This document shows positions 56,867 through 64,000 of a DNA stretch of 64,000 bases, in pieces. The stretch lies in contig JBEAQE010000003.1 of the NCBI GenBank assembly GCA_041164065.1, positions 170,912 through 234,911 on the forward strand, in the 5' to 3' direction. How positions within the stretch are numbered: position 1 is the stretch's first letter; each line of letters begins with the position of its first letter. The notes under the pieces were generated by a model. The model ran no database searches. It was not told where the DNA came from and saw nothing but the letters and a program-made list of their open reading frames with translations. A program made the translations under genes and the position numbers. The stretch comes from Bacteroidota bacterium (GTDB lineage: Bacteria; Bacteroidota; Bacteroidia; Flavobacteriales; Schleiferiaceae).

Positions 56867-58288
56867 ATGAACTACCGTCTCTTTTTAACGCTTTTGATCG
56901 CCTATGTTGCCGTTTTGGTCCTGGTAGGACGCATAACTTCACGTGGCGCGACCAATTCTACTTTCTTTAACGCAAACAAACAATCGAATTGGCTCCTGGT
57001 GAGCTTTGGAATGATCGGTGCCTCTTTGAGTGGTGTCACTTTCATCAGTGTGCCGGGATGGGTGCAAGGGTCGGGGATGACCTACATGCCTATGGTGTTG
57101 GGGTACCTCGTCGGCTATGCGCTCATCGCTTTTGTGCTTTTGCCCGTGTATTACCGCTACAATGTGGTTAGTATTTATAGTTTCTTAGGTGAGAAACTGG
57201 GCCCCGCGGCGTATAAAACGGGCTCGTTGTTCTTTTTGCTCAGCCGGGTGGTGGGGGCCTCGGCTCGACTGTATATCGTCACGGTCGTCGTTCAATTGAT
57301 GATTTGTGATCCATTGGGTATTCCATTTCCAGTGACCGCTATTCTAATCCTCGGATTAATCGCATTGTACAGCGCCTCGGGTGGGATCGCTACCATTGTA
57401 TATACTGACACGTTACAGACCGCATTAATGCTTGTGGCGGCGGCCATGGCCCTTTATTATGTAGGGGTCGCGGTGTTGCCAGAGGGGCAGGGCGTGTGGA
57501 ACTATGTCCGCACCCATGACTACGGCTATATGTGGCTTAGTGAAGGTCCAAAGACGGGTTGGAAGCAGGTCCTCGGCGGTATGAGCATTGCCGTAGCGAT
57601 GACCGGTCTTGATCAGGATATGATGCAGAAAAACCTAACGGTGAGTCGCTTGGTGAATGCCCAGAAAAACATGGTTTTGTTGGGGCTTAACTTGCTGTGG
57701 GTGAATCTGTTGTTCTTGGCGTTGGGCTTGATGCTGAGCGACTATGCTGCGGCCAATGGGTTGTTGGAAAAAGGCGATCAACTCTTCGCTGCTGTGGCCA
57801 ATTCCCCCGGGATGCCGTCCATTCTCGCCTCAGTGTTCTTCCTCGGCCTCCTTGCGGCGGCCTTCTCCTCTGCGGACAGTGCATTAGCCTCATTGACGAC
57901 GGCTTTTTGTGTCGATTTCCTCCGGTTGGATTTGAACGGCGATAGTCCCGCGCGCAAGCGCACCTATGGCGCGTTTATGGCAGTGATCTTTGTGGTCATG
58001 CTACTCATTTATTTGCTCAAAGCAGATAGCATTATTGGCACCTTGTTTACGGCTGCGGGCTATACGTACGGGCCGTTGCTCGGTTTGTTTGCCTATGCTT
58101 TGCTGCACCGTTCGCGAGTTATGGGCTGGGAGGTGTTGTTTATCGGAATTGGTTCTCCGTTATTAACACATGCCCTTAAACTGTGGGCCCCGTCCGTCGG
58201 CTATTCGATCGGATTCGAGCTGCTTATCTACAACGGCTTGTTCACTTACGCCGCACTCCATTTGGCAGCCCTTTTACGCAAATCCTAG
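56867..58288 (+). CDS. sodium:solute symporter family transporter
   Basis: Trimmed to the ATG at 56867 (MNYRLFLTLLIAYVAVLVLVGR), since the longer ORF overlaps recR. It is a polytopic protein of about 13 TM helices with an SSF-like N-terminus. Confidence 0.85.
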   Translation: MNYRLFLTLLIAYVAVLVLVGRITSRGATNSTFFNANKQSNWLLVSFGMIGASLSGVTFISVPGWVQGSGMTYMPMVLGYLVGYALIAFVLLPVYYRYNVVSIYSFLGEKLGPAAYKTGSLFFLLSRVVGASARLYIVTVVVQLMICDPLGIPFPVTAILILGLIALYSASGGIATIVYTDTLQTALMLVAAAMALYYVGVAVLPEGQGVWNYVRTHDYGYMWLSEGPKTGWKQVLGGMSIAVAMTGLDQDMMQKNLTVSRLVNAQKNMVLLGLNLLWVNLLFLALGLMLSDYAAANGLLEKGDQLFAAVANSPGMPSILASVFFLGLLAAAFSSADSALASLTTAFCVDFLRLDLNGDSPARKRTYGAFMAVIFVVMLLIYLLKADSIIGTLFTAAGYTYGPLLGLFAYALLHRSRVMGWEVLFIGIGSPLLTHALKLWAPSVGYSIGFELLIYNGLFTYAALHLAALLRKS

Positions 58289-58290
58289 CA

Positions 58291-61200
58291 CTATTGAACT
58301 ACCACCTGTCGCACATGGCTGCCGCCTGTCCAGGTCATTTTCATGCTGTAGACGCCCTTGGGGAGATGGCGCATGTCGATGCTATGTCCGTGCGCCGAAG
58401 GTGCGAACTCCATTTGTTCAACGAGCTGACCCTGAGTGTTGTACAGAGCAAATTGAACAACTTGGTTTACAGGGCTTACCACTGTGATTTTATCGGTCGT
58501 CGGGTTCGGGTATAGGGCCCAATTCCCTTCCGCCGCTTCATCAATATCGATGTTGTTGAATGCCGTACTGGTGCTTTTCTCCCCACAGGCGGTAACCACT
58601 GTTAAACTGACCGTGTAGCTTCCGGCCGCAGCGTAAGTGTGGCTCGGATTCTGTAGGGTGGAAGTGGTGCCGTCGCCAAAGTCCCACGACCAAGAAGTCG
58701 GCATTGGGGTGGAATTGTCAAAGAAGGTATAGGTCAAATTGCCGTTATAGCTCAAGGTGAAGTCGGGATCGAATTGGTCACTGGGCACGAGGTTAACCGT
58801 ATCTGTAACGAAGGTATTCCCGTCGAAATACACATACTCCATGGTGTAGGGAACCGGGAGATTCAATGTCGCGGAGTGCGCACCGTACCCGTCGTATTTA
58901 TTGAAGATGCTCGAGCCTACTCGATTGAGCACGAATAGCGCTTCGAGGGTGGTATCGGTCGTATTCAAGCCAAATTCAAAGGGGTGGTCCTCACAAATGA
59001 AATTCGGGAAATAGGCGGTTGCTGCGGTCTCTGTTGCTCCCGCGTCGATAATGCGCACATTATCGATGTAGAGGTTGTTCCCGTAGCCGCTCGTACTCAC
59101 GAAGCGTACGCTGATTTGGTTACCGTTGAGGTTGCTGAGGTCGACGCTGTCCGTACGCCACTCGCTGGCCTGAGAAGGAATGAAGATGGATGTGGAGGAC
59201 GGTGCTGTAGCCAAAGCTGCACCGCTGAGGTTGTATAGTGTCGCGTAGGTGTTTCCACAATCGTCGCTGATTTCCACGCGCAACTCGTCATCATAGCCCG
59301 GGTATTGAGCGTAGGAAATGTCGAAGAAGAGCGTAGGACGGATGTAGCCTGCGATGTTCAATGCTGGACTCTGCAGCGCATCTTCCGCACCTGGGTTGTT
59401 GTAGTTGAAGAAGTTCATGTAGGCCACGTCGGATTTTGCACCGGTAGCATTTACGACTTGCCCTAGGGTCCAGGTGGTTTGTCCATCGGGGTTCTCGAGA
59501 GCGAATTGATCTGTAACCGAGCCGCCGAACCAGGTCTCTACAAACGGCAAGGTCGGGGTGGGAACCACCGAAACAATGTTCGATTTTACCAGGCTATCAG
59601 CGCCATAGCTGTTGCTCGCCACCAGGGTGATGGTGTAGCTACCGTATGCGCTGAAGCTGATCTGCGGATTTTGCGAAGTAGAATCCGTGCCGCCAACGAA
59701 CGAATAGGTGGCTGGGCTGATGGACCAATTCCACGCCGTCGGCGTCTTCGCACTAATGTCCGTCAAATCCACGGCAGTCCCCAAACAAGGGCTGGTGTTG
59801 GAAACACTAAAGTCAACTTCTGGAGCACCAATCTGGTCCTCTATTCGTACCGCATCTAGCGCCATGTCGCTTAAATAGCCGCCACCGGTGATTCCGCGGA
59901 AGCGCAGTATAACAGTTTTTCCGGCAAAGCTCGTTAGATCAATATTTTCGGTCTTCCAGCTATTTCCTTGGTCGCCTGATTTACTCCAAAGTATCGTCCA
60001 GCTGCTGCCGTCAAAAATGGAAATATCTAAATCACCCATTTGTGTACCATACATGTGGTAAGCAAAGCTCAATTCCGGTTGAATGGCGGAGCTCAAATCC
60101 ACACAAGGTGAGTACAATACAGCTTCCTTGCCATCGCACTGAGAAGCTTCGAGATAGAGGTATTTTCCCGAGCCTCCAAAGCCAGCATTCGGACCTGTAA
60201 AGCTGCTCGCTGTCGTGCCGAAATTCGTTCGCCAGTCAATATCATCACCACTGCCGTTGCTGACATTGGTCCAGCCGCCGCTCAGCGCACAAGTAGTCAG
60301 CCCACAATTTGTCACCGTACCACAGTTGCTAAATCCTTCGAAATCTTCTGTGAAAGTCAAACTCGCCGCTGTCGAAGTTAAATACGGAATAACTAACTCC
60401 AACGTGTCGTTAAGGCCGTTCAAATCACCATCCAATTCCGTCCACGCACGAAGCAATTGGCTCGAAGTTCCCGTCCAATTCAATCCTGTGCTCAAGGTCA
60501 ATGTCGTGTCACCATAGGGCATCAAATTCACCGCCACGGTATCGCGCACCACCGCGCCCGACCCCAACACATAGGCTACCGGAATACTGTCCAACACAGT
60601 GGTTGACGGGTTCACGAAAGTCAATCGCGGCGCGCTCAAGCTTGAATAACACGAGGTCATCAATGTCGGCGAAACAATCTCTAATAATCCCGCATCTACT
60701 GCCAACGGGCACCCGCTCACACCTGCAGGAATCTCAATGGCATATGCGCGCTCACCCACCTTGCCGTTCACATTGGCCGCCACACTAGCCCAGGTCGACT
60801 GCACTGGCTGCCATGGGATGACCACAGTACTTCCTGAGGTTACGGCCAGCGAATCCATATACTTCATTCCCAGGATATAAGCAGTGTGGCTGCCCGCACC
60901 GCTCACTGGGGTGAAGCTGAGGCGAATGCTATCTGGGCACGCCCAGTCCAACTGAATATTCGAAGGGGTAGGACTCACGACAAAAGGCCCCGATACCGCG
61001 GTATCACCCCCTTGGATCACGCGCATGTAACCTTCCGAGGTCAAGGTATTCGGCACATTCCATTGCGCGACGTTGCGACCACTAAAAGGCGTAAGAGATA
61101 GATTGGTCCAATTCCCGCCGCCGTCAGAACTCCAACTAAAACTCGGCGTCCCGGTCAAACCAACTTCGTCCCAGTGCACAAAAATGTTCCCCGGGATCAA

Positions 61201-63057
61201 TTTCTGCCCCGCCGTTGGCTGCGTCAGCACAATCGAGCTGCTCTCGATATAGTACACCACGTAGAATGACTGTGGCCCGCTCGGAATATTCGAGCCAAAG
61301 ACACGCAAAGAGTAATCGCCCGATGTCGGATTGTCAATGGTGACCTGTTCCGCATTATTCAGACTGTCCACAGCACGCACAGCTGGAGTGCTCAACGCCG
61401 TACTCGTGGGGGTAGGGTCCAAAACCCAAGGTAAATATGCTGTTCCCGAGCTCTGGTGTTCCACCTCGAAATCCAAATTGTTCACCAAGGCTTGTGCTGC
61501 ACTAAGATTGGCTGCAGGATCGTTCCAATACAGCATGGCACGAACATTCTTTGTGCCCGCGGGAATATTCAGGTTAAAACTTACGGTATCACCCGTGCTT
61601 ACACTTCCTGTAAACCACCAAGAATTCTCGATGCTTTTTAATGCGCGACGACCATTCAATCGTCCGTATCCGTAAATAAAATCTGGACCGCTATTTCCGA
61701 GGTCTTCCGCGGTGTTCATGGCCACCGCTTTCAGGAAGGCACCCGTCGCATTTGCATTGTGAATACTGTCGTAGGCATTATGTAAGACCGCGATAAAACC
61801 TGCGGCACCAGGGGAAGCCATTGAGGTTCCCGTTTTAACGGTGTACGTGTTGGGGTCGGTGGTGGAGTAAACGCTTGTCCCAACCGCAGCCACATCAGGT
61901 TTAATGCGTCCATCTGCCGCAGGCCCGCGTGAAGAAGACGGAGCAATGGCGTCGGTGGCCGTCACATTGGCCGTAGCGATGACATTTTTTCCTTGCTTGT
62001 GGCCTCCGGTAATATTGCCCCAATTCGACCCTGCCCCGTAGTTGCAATTCGTTCCGTTGCTATTCCCTGCCGAGAAGACGTGCATTAACTGCACATTATC
62101 CTCGATATCTTCATCCACTTGTTGTGCATAGAAGGTGTAGCCGGCATTACACCCGTTGGAATACGAGCTGTTAGTTACACGTACGCCCTGTGTGTTATAA
62201 TGCGTGTCGATGTAGTCGAGATTATCGGGATAGCTGCTGTAGTACATGGTCGCACCCGGTGCATTTCCTTTCGCCTTTGGGTCGATATTTCCGGCGCCGA
62301 AAACGGTTCCAGCCACATGGTCTCCATGATCCCCAATGCTTGCCCCAGCAATGGAAGTGAGGCGTCCTTTGTAATCCGCATGCGGACCTATATCCCCATC
62401 ATCACCGACGCCCACAACCACACCGGTACCGTCGTATTCACTGTGGAGCTGGACATACTGGGTACGCGCCGAAGCACGCGAATTCTCATTTTCTGGACGT
62501 CCGGGTTCTTCGATGGCTTGAATGAAATGAACCTCTGGATCACTGGCCAATTCCACCACCTTCTCAGGCTTCACAATCCCCGAATACCATAGACCACCGA
62601 GCGGGGTCAAATCCCGCACCATTCGCACATACCGCCCAGCATCAAACCCCGTTCCCACCATAAACTGCACGGCCCATTGGCCATCTGCAACGACGGCCCA
62701 TTCCGGCATCACGCCGCTATGCACGGGCCCGTCCAACTTCATCTCGGGCAACCATCCCACAAAACTGCTCAACCCGGCTGCCTTCAGCTGCTCAGGGGTC
62801 GTACCTGCAGGCACAGTGGCTTCGAAGGCGTTGTGAGGTAAATAACGACCGAGCTCGATGCCTAATTGGGCCAAAGCTTTTTTATCTTCGACCACCACGC
62901 GGTGATCCCAGAAAGCTATTCCTCGGGTCGATGCACCACTTCTGAGGTTGGAGAAAGTCCCTTCTTCGATTTCGTAAGTACCCGACTTCAACAAAAGTTT
63001 GTGCTGCGCGTTGGTAACGGTAGAAAAGAATATGAAGAGAATGATCCAATTTTTCAT
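58291..63057 (-). CDS. giant T9SS-secreted S8 (subtilisin-like) peptidase with MAM and PKD domains
   Basis: I use the ATG at 63057 (MKNWIILFIFFSTVTNAQ signal peptide), since the ORF-track extension to 63261 overlaps the divergent gene. The catalytic triad is in VGVGDDGDIG, HGDHVAGTV and GTSMASPGAAG. It has a MAM domain (LSFAYHMYGTQMGDLDISIF...DMALDAVRI), two PKD domains (one with WDFGDG) and a C-terminal LYPNPTTDKITVV sorting domain. Confidence 0.9.
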   Translation of the reverse strand: MKNWIILFIFFSTVTNAQHKLLLKSGTYEIEEGTFSNLRSGASTRGIAFWDHRVVVEDKKALAQLGIELGRYLPHNAFEATVPAGTTPEQLKAAGLSSFVGWLPEMKLDGPVHSGVMPEWAVVADGQWAVQFMVGTGFDAGRYVRMVRDLTPLGGLWYSGIVKPEKVVELASDPEVHFIQAIEEPGRPENENSRASARTQYVQLHSEYDGTGVVVGVGDDGDIGPHADYKGRLTSIAGASIGDHGDHVAGTVFGAGNIDPKAKGNAPGATMYYSSYPDNLDYIDTHYNTQGVRVTNSSYSNGCNAGYTFYAQQVDEDIEDNVQLMHVFSAGNSNGTNCNYGAGSNWGNITGGHKQGKNVIATANVTATDAIAPSSSRGPAADGRIKPDVAAVGTSVYSTTDPNTYTVKTGTSMASPGAAGFIAVLHNAYDSIHNANATGAFLKAVAMNTAEDLGNSGPDFIYGYGRLNGRRALKSIENSWWFTGSVSTGDTVSFNLNIPAGTKNVRAMLYWNDPAANLSAAQALVNNLDFEVEHQSSGTAYLPWVLDPTPTSTALSTPAVRAVDSLNNAEQVTIDNPTSGDYSLRVFGSNIPSGPQSFYVVYYIESSSIVLTQPTAGQKLIPGNIFVHWDEVGLTGTPSFSWSSDGGGNWTNLSLTPFSGRNVAQWNVPNTLTSEGYMRVIQGGDTAVSGPFVVSPTPSNIQLDWACPDSIRLSFTPVSGAGSHTAYILGMKYMDSLAVTSGSTVVIPWQPVQSTWASVAANVNGKVGERAYAIEIPAGVSGCPLAVDAGLLEIVSPTLMTSCYSSLSAPRLTFVNPSTTVLDSIPVAYVLGSGAVVRDTVAVNLMPYGDTTLTLSTGLNWTGTSSQLLRAWTELDGDLNGLNDTLELVIPYLTSTAASLTFTEDFEGFSNCGTVTNCGLTTCALSGGWTNVSNGSGDDIDWRTNFGTTASSFTGPNAGFGGSGKYLYLEASQCDGKEAVLYSPCVDLSSAIQPELSFAYHMYGTQMGDLDISIFDGSSWTILWSKSGDQGNSWKTENIDLTSFAGKTVILRFRGITGGGYLSDMALDAVRIEDQIGAPEVDFSVSNTSPCLGTAVDLTDISAKTPTAWNWSISPATYSFVGGTDSTSQNPQISFSAYGSYTITLVASNSYGADSLVKSNIVSVVPTPTLPFVETWFGGSVTDQFALENPDGQTTWTLGQVVNATGAKSDVAYMNFFNYNNPGAEDALQSPALNIAGYIRPTLFFDISYAQYPGYDDELRVEISDDCGNTYATLYNLSGAALATAPSSTSIFIPSQASEWRTDSVDLSNLNGNQISVRFVSTSGYGNNLYIDNVRIIDAGATETAATAYFPNFICEDHPFEFGLNTTDTTLEALFVLNRVGSSIFNKYDGYGAHSATLNLPVPYTMEYVYFDGNTFVTDTVNLVPSDQFDPDFTLSYNGNLTYTFFDNSTPMPTSWSWDFGDGTTSTLQNPSHTYAAAGSYTVSLTVVTACGEKSTSTAFNNIDIDEAAEGNWALYPNPTTDKITVVSPVNQVVQFALYNTQGQLVEQMEFAPSAHGHSIDMRHLPKGVYSMKMTWTGGSHVRQVVVQ

Positions 63058-63085
63058 CGAGGTCAATTTTGGTGCCTTAAAAGTA

Positions 63086-64000
63086 ATGCGCATGCCGCTA
63101 CAAAAGTTTACCGCAATTATTGTGCTGCTTTTATCAATGAGCCAAATGGCCCAAGCGCAGTACCGCCCATTGAACCAGAGTGAGGCCCTTGCGGAGATGC
63201 AGAGATTTGGTTCCGGCAAGCGCGTTTTATACATGGCGGCCCATCCGGATGATGAAAACACACGCCTTATTGCGTGGCTTTCAAATGCCTTGGATGCAGA
63301 GACGACGTATTTGAGTTTGACGCGAGGGTCGGGAGGTCAGAATCTTATCGGCGATGAATTGGGTCCGGATCTGGGCATTATTCGTGAGCACGAGTTGCTT
63401 GCGGCCCGCGGTGTTGACGGCGGAAATCAGCGTTTTACGGATGCCCACGATTTTGGTTATTCGAAGAGTGTTGCGGAGGTATGGACTAAATGGAATCATG
63501 AAGACTTGCAGTTGCAGGCTGTACGAACAATACGGGAGCTGAAGCCGGATTTTATTATCACACGATTCCCACCGGATGAGCGAGCGGGGCATGGGCACCA
63601 TACGGCATCGGCGGAATTGGCGATGGAGTGCGCGGAATTGGCCGCGGATCCCAACTATGATGCACAGACCGCACCGTGGGAAGTTCAGGGCGTGTGGTGG
63701 AATACGTCCATCTGGTGGGATGCTTCTTTGAAGGACGACCCGGAGGCCGTGTATTTGGATTTGAGCGGTTTCGATCCTTTGCTTGGCGATACCTATGGAG
63801 CTATAGGGGATGCGGCGCGTTCGATGCACAAATGTCAAGGTTTTGGCGTGGCGATCGATCGTGGGCCACGTGAGGAGTATTTTAAGAAACTTTGGGGTGG
63901 AGGCGATTTAGCCGGCTACTTAAAGCATGAAAAAGGGTCCGATGCGAACAGCTTGCTGGCTCAGGATGCGGTTTTTGCCTTGTCTATTGGCGATCGAGAT
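63086..64000 (+). CDS. PIG-L/LmbE family deacetylase (N-terminal 305 codons; continues past the right window edge)
   Basis: Missing from the ORF track because there is no stop. Manual translation gives MRMPLQKFTAIIVLLLSMSQMAQAQ (signal peptide) then VLYMAAHPDDENTRLIAWL and HGHHTASAEL, which are typical PIG-L motifs. The frame is open through position 64000. Confidence 0.8.
   Translation, partial: MRMPLQKFTAIIVLLLSMSQMAQAQYRPLNQSEALAEMQRFGSGKRVLYMAAHPDDENTRLIAWLSNALDAETTYLSLTRGSGGQNLIGDELGPDLGIIREHELLAARGVDGGNQRFTDAHDFGYSKSVAEVWTKWNHEDLQLQAVRTIRELKPDFIITRFPPDERAGHGHHTASAELAMECAELAADPNYDAQTAPWEVQGVWWNTSIWWDASLKDDPEAVYLDLSGFDPLLGDTYGAIGDAARSMHKCQGFGVAIDRGPREEYFKKLWGGGDLAGYLKHEKGSDANSLLAQDAVFALSIGDRD

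Noticed and set aside
59479-62592. Plus-strand ORFs of 126 and 157 aa inside the S8 gene
   Set aside because: They are antisense shadows in a long GC-balanced gene, with no independent signals.
63058-63261. N-terminal 68-codon extension of the S8 protease ORF
   Set aside because: The extension has no signal-peptide character and overlaps the divergent PIG-L start. The internal ATG at 63057 gives a textbook signal peptide.
63281-63838. 185-aa minus-strand ORF
   Set aside because: It lies entirely antisense to the PIG-L deacetylase frame, which has clear family motifs (AHPDDE, HGHH). Its Arg/Ile/Gln-rich translation looks like shadow-frame sequence.

Overview
This 64-kb window reads as core chromosome of a member of Bacteroidota, probably a Flavobacteriia or Cryomorphaceae-like organism. 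Three things support that. Two secreted proteins of about 1,590 aa end in T9SS type-A C-terminal sorting domains. Perfect TAnnTTTG -7 promoter boxes precede many genes, including three tRNAs. rpmB-rpmG is followed by the Bacteroidota DUF4295 mini-gene. I call 58 protein-coding loci (two are cut by the window edges and missing from the ORF track, one is a 48-aa gene below the ORF cutoff, one is a stop-interrupted pseudogene-like ORF), 3 tRNAs (Val-TAC, Leu-GAG, Lys-TTT) and one 6S-like structured RNA candidate between zapA and rny, plus intrinsic terminators and promoter boxes. Gene content is mostly housekeeping: ABC-F, msrB, aroK, rlmD, rocD, rny, cinA, L28/L33, ftsY, rimO, cydAB, miaE, gcvT, gap, an HtrA-family protease, dapF, mltG, clpB, recR and a 2-oxoacid dehydrogenase E2. 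I found no CRISPR array, transposase, integrase, phage genes or recognisable defence or toxin module, so I cannot point to a clear novel system. The observations most worth a second look are listed here. (1) The 6S-like RNA. (2) Two co-varying hairpin elements bracketing clpB. (3) A cell-wall-type O-acylation cluster (LysM, two SGNH, MBOAT) downstream of cydAB. (4) Two giant MAM-domain T9SS cargo proteins, one of them an S8 protease. (5) A SulP transporter with an unassigned C-terminal domain of about 220 aa, overlapping a Usp gene. (6) A 20-bp perfect palindrome in front of cydA. (7) A stop-interrupted ORF between tRNA genes. (8) A Cys-rich insertion in ornithine aminotransferase. All family assignments come from motif recognition by eye; no searches were run.
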